Below, one piece after another: positions 55,200-64,000 of a stretch of 64,000 nucleotides of DNA. A program made the position numbers and the translations under genes. Source of the DNA: Ruminococcus sp. (GTDB taxonomy: Bacteria > Bacillota > Clostridia > Oscillospirales > Acutalibacteraceae); contig JAFRBD010000003.1 of the NCBI GenBank assembly GCA_017405065.1, positions 4,962-68,961 of the forward strand, written 5' to 3'. Each line of letters starts with the position of its first letter. Position 1 is the stretch's first letter. The notes under the pieces were generated by a model. The model was not told where the DNA came from. It did no database searches and saw nothing but the letters and a program-made list of their open reading frames with translations.

Positions 55200-56653
55200 A
55201 GCTTGACACCCCACTTCGTTTCGATCGTCTTGTTTTCAGCCTGCTCGTATTGGTAGGCGAGGTTGAGGATGGTTTTTTCATCGAACTTCCTGCCGATCAG
55301 CTGCATGCCGATAGGCAGTCCTTCAGCATCCACGCCGCAGGGGATCGACACACCGGGCAGTCCCGCCGTGTTGACCGGTACGGTGCAGATATCGGAAAGG
55401 TACTGTTCGATCTGGTCGGTCTCTTCGCCGAAGAGATAACCGTTTTTGAACGCGGTAACGGGAGCGGTCGGCGCTAAGATCGCGTCACAGCTCTCAAAGG
55501 CGCGGTCGAACGCCGCGACGATCGCGCCGCGCAGGTTGACCGCCTTCTTATAATAGGCGTCGTAGTAACCGGCTGACAGGACATAGGTGCCCATCAGGAT
55601 ACGGCGCTGCACCTCTTTGCCGAAGCCCTCAGATCTGGTACGGCAGATCATATCGTGCGTGCCGTTATAATGCTCCGCCTTGAAGCCGTAACGGATACCG
55701 TCGTAGCGTCCGAGGTTGGAGGAAGCCTCCGCCATCGCGAGAATATAGTAGCAGGGCAGGGCGAATTGCAGCTCGGGGAAATCGAAATAAACGATCTCGG
55801 CGCCCATGTCCTCATAGGCTTTTGCCGCGTCTAAGACAGCCTGCCTGACGTCCTCGCGGACGCCGTCGAGGTACTGGTTGGCGATGCCGATCTTCTTGCC
55901 CTTGATATCATCATACAGGGTCGGGAGCGCAGGCTCGCTGCCCTGTGAGGTAGAATCTCTTTCATCATATTGCGCGATCGCGTCAAAGACGATCGCCGCA
56001 TCCTCCACGTCATGGGTGATGGGCCCGATCTGGTCGAAGGAGGAAGCGTAAGCGATCAAGCCGTAACGCGATACCGCGCCGTAGGTAGGCTTCAGTCCGA
56101 CGATGCCGCAGAAGGAAGCGGGCTGACGGATGGAGCCGCCGGTATCGGAGCCGAGTCCATAGACGGCAAGATTGCCGCCGACAGCGGACGCGACGCCGCC
56201 CGAGGAACCGCCCGCGACATGATCGAGGCTGTGGGGATTCTTCGCGCCGCCGTAGTAGGAGGTCTCACAGGAAGAGCCCATCGCGAACTCGTCCATATTG
56301 GTCTTGCCAAGCATGACAACGCCCTCTTTTCGGAGCAGCTCATAGACGGTCGCGTCATAGATCGGCTTGTAGCCGGTGAGGATCTTGGAGGCGCAGGTGG
56401 TGGCGATCCCCTTGGTGGAGATATTATCCTTGAGGGTCATCGGAACGCCCTCGAGCATGCCGATCTCCTCGCCCGCGGCAATCTTCTTGTCCACTGCCTC
56501 AGCCTGAGCCAAAGCGACCTCGGGGGTCACGGTGATATAAGCGTTTAGTTCTTTATTAGAATTTTCGATCGCGTCGAGGAACTGCTTTGTCAGCTCGACA
56601 CAGGTGATTTCTTTGTTGACGAGCATCTCATGGATGCGTTTGATCTGTCCCAT
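55196..56653 (-). CDS. gatA: Asp/Glu-tRNA amidotransferase subunit A
   Basis: Motifs KTNMDEFAMGS, GGSSGG and GSDTGGSIRQPA. Confidence 0.97.
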   Translation of the reverse strand: MGQIKRIHEMLVNKEITCVELTKQFLDAIENSNKELNAYITVTPEVALAQAEAVDKKIAAGEEIGMLEGVPMTLKDNISTKGIATTCASKILTGYKPIYDATVYELLRKEGVVMLGKTNMDEFAMGSSCETSYYGGAKNPHSLDHVAGGSSGGVASAVGGNLAVYGLGSDTGGSIRQPASFCGIVGLKPTYGAVSRYGLIAYASSFDQIGPITHDVEDAAIVFDAIAQYDERDSTSQGSEPALPTLYDDIKGKKIGIANQYLDGVREDVRQAVLDAAKAYEDMGAEIVYFDFPELQFALPCYYILAMAEASSNLGRYDGIRYGFKAEHYNGTHDMICRTRSEGFGKEVQRRILMGTYVLSAGYYDAYYKKAVNLRGAIVAAFDRAFESCDAILAPTAPVTAFKNGYLFGEETDQIEQYLSDICTVPVNTAGLPGVSIPCGVDAEGLPIGMQLIGRKFDEKTILNLAYQYEQAENKTIETKWGVKL

Positions 56654-56654
56654 C

Positions 56655-56933
56655 TTACGCTCTCTTTCTGACGAGGAAGTGATCCTCCGCCTGTTCGGGG
56701 GCGTTTTGGAGGATCTCCCCGACGGGGTAGGATTCTTTCACCTCGTCCGCACGGAAAGCGTTCTGCAGGTTATTGATATTATCGAACTCGCCGGTGCTGA
56801 CTTCTACGCTGTTGATCGTATCGGCAAAAGCGACGATCTTCTGCATTTCTTCTGTCAGACTGTCGAGATCCTTTTCGTCGACAAACAGCTTTGAAAGCAG
56901 GGCGATATTTTCGATATCTTCTCGTGTTACCAT
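56655..56933 (-). CDS. gatC: Asp/Glu-tRNA amidotransferase subunit C
   Basis: Motifs IALLSKL, FRAD and LQNAP; position in the gatCAB operon. Confidence 0.92.
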   Translation of the reverse strand: MVTREDIENIALLSKLFVDEKDLDSLTEEMQKIVAFADTINSVEVSTGEFDNINNLQNAFRADEVKESYPVGEILQNAPEQAEDHFLVRKRA

Positions 56934-56952
56934 AATGTGTTCCTTTCTATAA

Positions 56953-57109
56953 GCCTTCCCCTTGAGGGGAAGGTGTCACCGTAAGGTGACGGATGAGGTG
57001 AAAGCGTTTCCGCCTCATCCCGTGTATTGCTATAACGGAAAGTGTTCCACCTCTTCCGCCCAAATTGCCTCGGTCGGCAATTTGTCCACCTTCCCCTCAA
57101 GGGGAAGGC
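56953..57109. repeat. REP-like paired palindrome, family B, between aspS and gatC
   Basis: GCCTTCCCCTTGAGGGGAAGGTG ... CACCTTCCCCTCAAGGGGAAGGC. Confidence 0.85.
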
Positions 57110-57115
57110 TGTTTA

Positions 57116-58861
57116 TTATCTCAACTTGATATGCACTTCTCTGAGCTGCTGCTCGCTGACCTCGCCCGGTGAGCCCATCATGATATCCTGCGCGTTGGAA
57201 TTCATCGGGAATGCGATGACTTCACGGATGTTCTCTTCCCCGGTCAGCAGCATGAGCATACGGTCGACGCCCGGAGCCATGCCCGCATGAGGCGGAGCGC
57301 CGTACTGGAAGGCGGTGTACAGGGAGCGGAATTTTGCTTTAAGATCATCCTCGCTGTAGCCGGCGATCGCAAACGCCTTCTTCATGATATCGATATCGTG
57401 GTTGCGGACAGCGCCGGAGGAAAGCTCCACGCCGTTGCAGACGATGTCGTACTGGTAGGCGAGGATATCGCAGGGATCCTTTTCCAGCAGCGCCTGCATA
57501 CCGCCCTGCGGCATACTGAAGGGGTTGTGGGTAAAGATGATCTGACCCGTTTCCTCATCCTGCTCAAACATCGGAAAATCGACGATAAAGCAGAAGTCGA
57601 AGCGGCTCTTGTCGATCAGATCGAGACGGGTCGCGACCTCGGTGCGGATCTGACCCGCGAGCTTGGGCGCGTCAGCGGCAGTATCGGCGATAAAATAGAT
57701 CACGTCGCCCGCCATAGAGCCGTTGCGTTTGATCAGCTCTTCCCTGTCGCCGGGTTTGAGGAACTTATCGATCGGACCGTCGAACATCATATCATCGGTC
57801 ACCTTGACGTAGCCCAGACCCTTCATGCCGATGGACAGCGCAAACTCCTCCATCTTCTTGAACCAGCTTTTGGAGCAGGAAGCCGCGCCGGGCACGTTCA
57901 GAGAACGGACGCACTTCTTGAGGAAGGGCTTGAAATCGGTCTGTTCAAACATATCGGAGATCTCGACGATCTCGAGCGGATTGCGCAGGTCGGGCTTATC
58001 GGTGCCGTATTTCAGCATTGATTCCGCAAACGAGATCCGCCGGAACGGAGGCTTCGATATTTCTTTATCGGAATATTTCTTGAAAGTTTCGTAAAGCACT
58101 TCCTCCGCTACTTCAAAGACGTCCTCCTGTGTCGCGAACGCCATCTCAAAGTCAAGCTGATAGAACTCGCCGGGAGAACGGTCGGCACGCGCGTCCTCAT
58201 CACGGAAACAGGGCGCGATCTGGAAATACTTATCAAAACCGGAGACCATCAGCAGCTGCTTGAAGATCTGAGGCGCCTGCGGAAGGGCGTAGAACTTGCC
58301 CTTATGCTTACGCGAGGGGATCAGATAATCGCGCGCGCCCTCGGGAGAGGATACGCCGAGGATCGGGGTGGCGATCTCCAAGAAACCCATTTCGCTCATC
58401 TTACTGCGCAGGAAGGAGATCACCTGAGAACGCAGGATGATCTTATCATGCACCTTCGGATTGCGCAGATCGAGGAAGCGGTATCTCAGACGGGCGTCCT
58501 CGTTGGTAGAGGTGGAAGTCACGACCTCAAAAGGCAGGTTATTCTTGCACTTACCGAGGATCGTCAGCGTCTCGGCAACGACCTCGACCGTACCTGTCGC
58601 GATCTTCTTATTGATGGTGTCCTCGTCGCGCTTGACGACCTTGCCGGAGATCGTCACGGTACATTCGCGGTTCACGCCCTCGAGCAGCGCGTCGTCATGG
58701 ACGACGACCTGCGTCACGCCGTACTGGTCGCGGATATCAAGGAACATTACGCCGCCGTGGTCGCGGATATTCTCCACCCAACCCGCAAGGCGTACCTCCT
58801 GTCCGATATGTTCCTCTCGTAAATCTCCGCAGGAAACGGAGCGATAGATATTTGCTTTCAT
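57116..58861 (-). CDS. aspS: Aspartyl-tRNA synthetase, probably non-discriminating
   Basis: Motifs RDHGG, PEGARDY, ALPQAPQ, CFRDED and APPHAG; cotranscribed with gatCAB. Confidence 0.96.
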   Translation of the reverse strand: MKANIYRSVSCGDLREEHIGQEVRLAGWVENIRDHGGVMFLDIRDQYGVTQVVVHDDALLEGVNRECTVTISGKVVKRDEDTINKKIATGTVEVVAETLTILGKCKNNLPFEVVTSTSTNEDARLRYRFLDLRNPKVHDKIILRSQVISFLRSKMSEMGFLEIATPILGVSSPEGARDYLIPSRKHKGKFYALPQAPQIFKQLLMVSGFDKYFQIAPCFRDEDARADRSPGEFYQLDFEMAFATQEDVFEVAEEVLYETFKKYSDKEISKPPFRRISFAESMLKYGTDKPDLRNPLEIVEISDMFEQTDFKPFLKKCVRSLNVPGAASCSKSWFKKMEEFALSIGMKGLGYVKVTDDMMFDGPIDKFLKPGDREELIKRNGSMAGDVIYFIADTAADAPKLAGQIRTEVATRLDLIDKSRFDFCFIVDFPMFEQDEETGQIIFTHNPFSMPQGGMQALLEKDPCDILAYQYDIVCNGVELSSGAVRNHDIDIMKKAFAIAGYSEDDLKAKFRSLYTAFQYGAPPHAGMAPGVDRMLMLLTGEENIREVIAFPMNSNAQDIMMGSPGEVSEQQLREVHIKLR

Positions 58862-58956
58862 TTCTTCATATTCCTTTCAAAAGAAATTGTCATTGCGAGG
58901 GCAAAGCCCGCGGCAATCTCAACCTCATTACAAGGCAAAATTCCCTATTCTGTAGT

Positions 58957-58985
58957 ATTATAGCACAGTCATACGGCAAAATCAA
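58957..58985 (-). promoter_or_regulatory. Sigma-A promoter of aspS-gatCAB
   Basis: TTGATT-N17-TATAAT with extended TG. Confidence 0.65.
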
Positions 58986-59086
58986 CAGTAAAATAGCTCC
59001 CCTCACAAGGAGGGGAGCCGAAAGATGAAGGATTCGGTTGAGATCGCGGCAGCTCTCTTGAGCTTTACGATAACAGCTTTAAATGA

Positions 59087-61447
59087 TTACTTGAGGTAAG
59101 TCTGACCGCCGGGGCCGATCGCGCCGTTGACGTTGGAATTGGTGTTCTTCAGAACGTAAACACGCATGTTGCCCTTGCCGGTAGAAGGAACGCTCAGAGT
59201 GCCGTTGGTAACGGACTTCTGATCGCCGGAAACAGCGTCAATATAAGTGCCGTTGGGGATGTTCTTGAAGGTTGCGCCGTCGGTAACGGATACGCAGGCG
59301 AGGGAGTCAACGTTCTTGCCGTTGTAGTTGCCGGTATAGCGTCTGATAAACGACATACCGCCGGAAACATAGTTGCCGTTAGTGGTGTACTGACCCATCT
59401 GCAGAGCGGGAACCGCACGGCGGATCGCGTTGAGCTTTTGCAGGTGCTTGGAAAGCGTGCTGTTCAGCGTAGTCGCCATCGCGCCGGTCGCGTTGTTGTA
59501 CTGAGAGAAGCCGGTGGTGTTGACCGTACCCTCGATCCTATCGCCGAAGTAGGCGCGGCCGGTATCAGCCAGAGCCATGTTGGGACCGTCGTCGATCTTG
59601 CAACCCTTCTGGAACTCGACCTCAGAGCCGTAGAACAAGCAGGGGATGCCGCGGAAGGTGAACATCAGGTTGAGGTTCTCCGCCCAAGCCTGAGTACCGC
59701 CGGTGTATCTGAAGTCCTGGCAGCTCTGGGGACTGTAGTCATGAGAATCGACATAGGTTACGTTCCATGAGGAATCGTTGAAGTACGGGTCCTCAGATAA
59801 AGCAGCGCCCCAACCGCCCTGGGCAGTATCGAAGTTCCAGTGCATGGTAAAGTCGATGACGCCGGTGCCGTTAGCCTTGCTGTAATCGGGCGTATGGTAA
59901 TTCAAGCCTTGGAGATACACATTGTCGCTTTTCGGCAGTTTGCTGACGTCCTTATCGCCGTACACGTTAAAATGCTCTTTGGAGTTTTCGTTGTTCTGGC
60001 TCCAATCGGCAGGATTGTTGCTCCAGTTGGAAGTCCAAGGGCTCTGGGTCTCTTTCCATGTATAGAAGAAGCAGGAGTTGGACGGACCGCCCTCGTTCAT
60101 GAACTCGTTCCATCTGGTGCAGACCTCGCCGAAGATAAAGAAGTTTTTGCTCTGCTTATACTGCGCAAACTTGGGGAAATACGCGCTGTTCAGCGTCCAG
60201 CGGTTCAGATGCTTTTCGGTATCCAGACGGAAAGCGTCCACGCCTAAATCGATATAATCCTGATAGGTGTTGGTGATATACTCGGCAACCTCGGGATTCT
60301 CTGTGTTGACGTCAACACAGTCGCCGGCGATGGAGCCCTGCTGCTCCAACCAGCTGCCCCATCCCATATTCTTCTCACGATGGTAGTGTTCCTTGGTGTT
60401 GCCGTACGTGCTTCCCTGATGCGCCTTCATGACGTTCAGTCTCGCCTGGAACTGCGCGTCAGGGTTCAAAGAATCATAGTCGGGATATGCTTTTTCAAGG
60501 TTGCTGCCTTTGACAACCTTCATACAATCGGTAGAGCCGAGATCGGAAATATTGGTGTATTCCTTCTCGAACATCTTTTCAAGATACTCTTCACCGAAGT
60601 TACTGGTGTGATTCCATACGACGTCCTGTACGATCTTCATGCCCCTATCGTGAGCGGCAGCAATAAGATCCTCATAGGTAAAATCAGAGCTTTCATAACG
60701 CGGATCGACTTTACCGAAATTCATCGCATGGTAGCCGTGGTAATCATAACCGGAGGCATTCTCGGCTACAGGCGTGATCCAGACAGCGGAGAAGCCCAGC
60801 GCTTTGATATAGTCGAGCTTATCGGCAAGACCCTTGAAGTCGCCGCGCCATGCGGGGTCGGAATCGGGGTTGTTCGCCTTTTTGTCCTCCCAGCAATGAA
60901 CATTGTTGCCGGTATCACCGTCAAAGAAGCGGGTCGTGATGACGAAGTAGATGGTATCCTGACGCATATCGACAGCCTTGTAATCGTCCTCTTCATATGG
61001 GTTCTTCTTGCTGAAACGTCCGTTTCTGTACCACCACTCGCCGCTCGAACGGGTGAGCTCCTTGCTGAGCTGACCGGACAGATTCTGAGTACCGTCAGTC
61101 AGCAGGAAGTTGATTTTTGTCGTATTATTAAAAGAATAGGTGTACCATGTAGAGCCGGTCTGGGTCGGATCCAGAGACATCTTCACACCGGGATAGGTAG
61201 TTTCCTTGTTGGTGGGAAGCGCATTCCAGTAATAGATATAGGGAACCTTGTCGGGGCTGTCGACATGGATGATGATGCTGTCGGCAGCAGTTCCTGCCGC
61301 ATCAACATCGGCTGCAAGAGCCTCGATATCGACGTCGGCGCCCTCATCGGCTAAGTCTTCATCAACCGCCTGCACAGAGATAACAGCAGCGGAGATGATC
61401 ATCGCAAGGCTCAGCAGCAGAGCCAGTAAACGAGAAAGTTTCTTCAT
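59087..61447 (-). CDS. Secreted GH13 alpha-amylase-family enzyme with an N-terminal CBM26-like module
   Basis: Signal peptide; YIYYWN...YPGVKM; GDFKGL, DVVWNH, FRLDTEKH (nucleophile), FGEV and VDSHD. Confidence 0.92.
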   Translation of the reverse strand: MKKLSRLLALLLSLAMIISAAVISVQAVDEDLADEGADVDIEALAADVDAAGTAADSIIIHVDSPDKVPYIYYWNALPTNKETTYPGVKMSLDPTQTGSTWYTYSFNNTTKINFLLTDGTQNLSGQLSKELTRSSGEWWYRNGRFSKKNPYEEDDYKAVDMRQDTIYFVITTRFFDGDTGNNVHCWEDKKANNPDSDPAWRGDFKGLADKLDYIKALGFSAVWITPVAENASGYDYHGYHAMNFGKVDPRYESSDFTYEDLIAAAHDRGMKIVQDVVWNHTSNFGEEYLEKMFEKEYTNISDLGSTDCMKVVKGSNLEKAYPDYDSLNPDAQFQARLNVMKAHQGSTYGNTKEHYHREKNMGWGSWLEQQGSIAGDCVDVNTENPEVAEYITNTYQDYIDLGVDAFRLDTEKHLNRWTLNSAYFPKFAQYKQSKNFFIFGEVCTRWNEFMNEGGPSNSCFFYTWKETQSPWTSNWSNNPADWSQNNENSKEHFNVYGDKDVSKLPKSDNVYLQGLNYHTPDYSKANGTGVIDFTMHWNFDTAQGGWGAALSEDPYFNDSSWNVTYVDSHDYSPQSCQDFRYTGGTQAWAENLNLMFTFRGIPCLFYGSEVEFQKGCKIDDGPNMALADTGRAYFGDRIEGTVNTTGFSQYNNATGAMATTLNSTLSKHLQKLNAIRRAVPALQMGQYTTNGNYVSGGMSFIRRYTGNYNGKNVDSLACVSVTDGATFKNIPNGTYIDAVSGDQKSVTNGTLSVPSTGKGNMRVYVLKNTNSNVNGAIGPGGQTYLK

Positions 61448-61463
61448 GTTCTGTTACCTCCTT

Positions 61464-63200
61464 TTAAGATTCTGCGGGGAATACTTTGATGATTCCCGCC
61501 ACAAAACGCTGGATCAGCGTTGCGTCAATGATCGATACATCGTCATCGCCGTCGACGTCGGCGTTGCGCTCGTTCAGCGGAGTGGGCAGATAGACATTCG
61601 CTTCGGAACGCTGTATGAAGGTTGCGTCGAGAACCGTGACGTCGCCGTCGTCATCCGCGTCGCCGTAGAGTACTTCACCGACAGGCTCGGTCGGAGCGGG
61701 CGGAGCATCGGTCGGCTTGGGCTGAGTCGGAGCGGGAGGAGCATCGGTCGGCTTAACAGGAGGCTCGGTTGCGGGCGGATCGGTCGGAACGACGGTACCG
61801 ACGCTGCTGAAAATATAAGAGCGATCGATCGTCTTGTTATCCGAGCCCTGTACGTTGATCGTAAGCGTATGCAAGCCAAGCTCGGTCGGTCTGAAGGTAT
61901 AGCTCGTGTTGCGCGTGTAGTACGGAACATTAACGATATTGCCGGACGGATTCTTCACGGTATACTTGTAGAAGAGAAGATTGGTGCCGGTGTTGCCGCC
62001 GCCGGCCGTTACGTTAATGTTCACATTCGAACCGTTCTGAATGTCGCCGCCGTTCGGGGTAACGGTCTTGATGAAAGGAGCAACAACCGTGCTGCCGTCA
62101 TCGATGATATAGCTCTTGGTGCGCTGATTGGTGTTGCCGGCGGTATCCTTGAAGTCGTAGGTGATGGTATAGGTACCGGTCGACTGAGGGATCCACTGTG
62201 CCTTGTTCGCCGTGCTGAAATCGGACAGAACCGTGGTGGAAGAGCCGTTCGAAACAGAGAACTTGTAGTAAACGGTTCCCTGACCCTCCGCTTCGGCGCT
62301 CAGGGTGATCCCTGTGCCGGCATACTGCGGAGACGCCAGATCGGTTACAAAGGAAGAGATCTGCAGCGGAGAAGTGTCATGGATGGACCATTCATTAGTC
62401 TTGTTGTTCCAGCTGTAATCTTTGCCCGGGAAGGTAAGATCAGCGGTCTGAGAAGCACCGTTGTTACTGAAAATGATCGAAGTGAACTTGCTGTTGGTGA
62501 CCTCATAGCGCCAGGTGTTGCCGCCGATATTGGTCATTTCAACGCCGGGCCATCCTCCGTTTTCGACCTTCGGAGAACCGCCCCACATATAAGCGGTGAC
62601 CTTTGCCCAGCCGGCTTCGTTCTCACAGTAGACATAGGTCTTGCCCGAAGTGCCTCCGCCCTGTGTCGGCTGAGGCGTGGTGGGCGTGTTATTGCCCTGA
62701 GTAGGCTCGGCAACAGTCGGTGTGTTCTCATGCACGCTCCAATTTTCTGTGGAATTGTCATAGATATAGCCCGAGCCGGGGAAGTCCATATCCTTTGTCT
62801 GCGTTTGATTGCTGCCGATGTTGAAAATGATCTTGGCGTAAGATTTGGAGTACTGATAACGCCAGATATTATCACCGACATTGGTCATTTTTTCGCCCGG
62901 CCAGTTGGCATTTTTATCGCTGTCGCTGTTCCACATATACGCGTAGACAGCGCTCCAGCCTGCCGTGTTTTTGCAGTAGACATAACCGCCTGCGGCGCCG
63001 GTATCCGCAAGCTCTTTGATCGGCGGCCGATCGTCGTTGTTGTTTGAGCCATCATAAGAAATTACATCCGCGCCCGTGTCGGCAAGCTTGTCGGCTTCTT
63101 CCGCACGAACGGTCAAAGCAAACGTCAGCATCGTGACAAGCAGCGCGAGACAAAGCAAAAGCGAAACCGCGCGCTTTGTCTGTTTACCCGTTGATCTCAT
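61464..63200 (-). CDS. Secreted non-catalytic starch-binding protein: two CBM26-like modules, two Tyr-rich Ig-like domains, PT linker and a C-terminal dockerin
   Basis: Two YVYCxNxAGWxxVxAYMW...WPGxxMT repeats; dockerin YGDADDDGDVTVLDATFIQ...ADVDGDDDVSIIDATLIQ. Confidence 0.88.
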   Translation of the reverse strand: MRSTGKQTKRAVSLLLCLALLVTMLTFALTVRAEEADKLADTGADVISYDGSNNNDDRPPIKELADTGAAGGYVYCKNTAGWSAVYAYMWNSDSDKNANWPGEKMTNVGDNIWRYQYSKSYAKIIFNIGSNQTQTKDMDFPGSGYIYDNSTENWSVHENTPTVAEPTQGNNTPTTPQPTQGGGTSGKTYVYCENEAGWAKVTAYMWGGSPKVENGGWPGVEMTNIGGNTWRYEVTNSKFTSIIFSNNGASQTADLTFPGKDYSWNNKTNEWSIHDTSPLQISSFVTDLASPQYAGTGITLSAEAEGQGTVYYKFSVSNGSSTTVLSDFSTANKAQWIPQSTGTYTITYDFKDTAGNTNQRTKSYIIDDGSTVVAPFIKTVTPNGGDIQNGSNVNINVTAGGGNTGTNLLFYKYTVKNPSGNIVNVPYYTRNTSYTFRPTELGLHTLTINVQGSDNKTIDRSYIFSSVGTVVPTDPPATEPPVKPTDAPPAPTQPKPTDAPPAPTEPVGEVLYGDADDDGDVTVLDATFIQRSEANVYLPTPLNERNADVDGDDDVSIIDATLIQRFVAGIIKVFPAES

Positions 63201-63456
63201 GATAGTTCCCTCCTTTTCATGTTAATCTAAGATAATCCTAGTTATAATTATTATACTAAATAAAGTCAATTTTAATTTTCCGAAAAGGAATAATGAGTCG
63301 CTTAATAATGCACAATTTTTTTGTTGATAAATTGGAGATCATACACCAATGTGCTGTAAAAAAAATTAACGCAGTGAATAAAGATTTCACTGCGTAATTT
63401 TTATCCGTTATGATCGCACGAAAAATACTTTTTCCATCCGTATCCCGCAATAAAAA

Positions 63457-64000
63457 TCAGTGCCCTTTGATCCTGTCCCAATACGCCTTATACGCCTGCT
63501 CGGTCTTGTTGTCGCCGCACTCGTAATAGGTATGATCGGCGATATCGTCGGGCAGGTACTGCTGAGGGATCCAGTGGTTCGGATAGCTGTGGGGATAGAG
63601 GTAATGCTGACCCTTTTCAGCGCGCTCCTCGCCGTCAAAATGCACGTTTTGCAGTTGACGGGGAACCACCTGTCCGAGGCCCGCTCTGACGTCCTCCTGC
63701 GCGGCGGAGATCGCGTTGACGCCGGAGTTGGACTTCGGCGCCAGACAGACCATGATCACCGCGTCGGCGAGAGGGATCCGCGCCTCGGGGAAGCCGACCT
63801 GCATCGCGATATCCACGCAGGATTTGACGATCGGAATGATCTGCGGATAAGCCAGCCCCACGTCCTCGCACGCGCAGACGACCAGTCTGCGGCAGGCGGA
63901 GATCAGATCGCCCGACTCTACCAGTCGCGCCAGATAAAACAGCGCCGCGTCGACGTCGGAGCCGCGCATGCTTTTCTGGTACGCGGAAATGACGTCGTAA
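63457..64000 (-). CDS. rarA: Replication-associated recombination protein A (3' part)
   Basis: Motifs QKSMRGSDVDAA, EDVGLA, GFPEARI, PKSNS, YLYPHSY and QQYLP. Confidence 0.93.
   Translation of the reverse strand, partial: YDVISAYQKSMRGSDVDAALFYLARLVESGDLISACRRLVVCACEDVGLAYPQIIPIVKSCVDIAMQVGFPEARIPLADAVIMVCLAPKSNSGVNAISAAQEDVRAGLGQVVPRQLQNVHFDGEERAEKGQHYLYPHSYPNHWIPQQYLPDDIADHTYYECGDNKTEQAYKAYWDRIKGH

Noticed and set aside
53787-58861. aspS-gatCAB as a novel system
   Set aside because: This is the well-known indirect Asn/Gln-tRNA transamidation operon.

Overview
This is a 64 kb core-genome window from a spore-forming, starch-degrading Clostridium-class anaerobe, most likely a Ruminococcus bromii-like organism (inferred from the dockerin/CBM26 amylosome-type proteins and the spoIVA/spoIIID/spoVAC genes). 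It holds about 50 mostly housekeeping CDSs, from the 5' part of rpoB to the 3' part of rarA. I see no rRNA, tRNA, CRISPR array, transposase or prophage. The main points of interest are: (1) A glmS ribozyme core sits upstream of nagB, a stand-alone GlmU acetyltransferase domain and glmM, not upstream of glmS. The NagB has Arg in place of the catalytic His, which suggests an ammonia-dependent, GlmS-independent route to UDP-GlcNAc. (2) There are 11 copies of a structured intergenic element with covarying hairpins and exchangeable heptamer-repeat arms, placed at stop codons; related arms bracket the whole thiI gene. (3) Opposed promoter-like sequences lie inside the rpoB leader. (4) A class B sortase carries a degenerate CinA/MoCF-like cytoplasmic domain and is followed by a similar stand-alone protein. 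Three further REP-like palindrome families occupy many intergenic regions, some nested in one another. All calls come from reading motifs by eye; no searches or folding programs were run.
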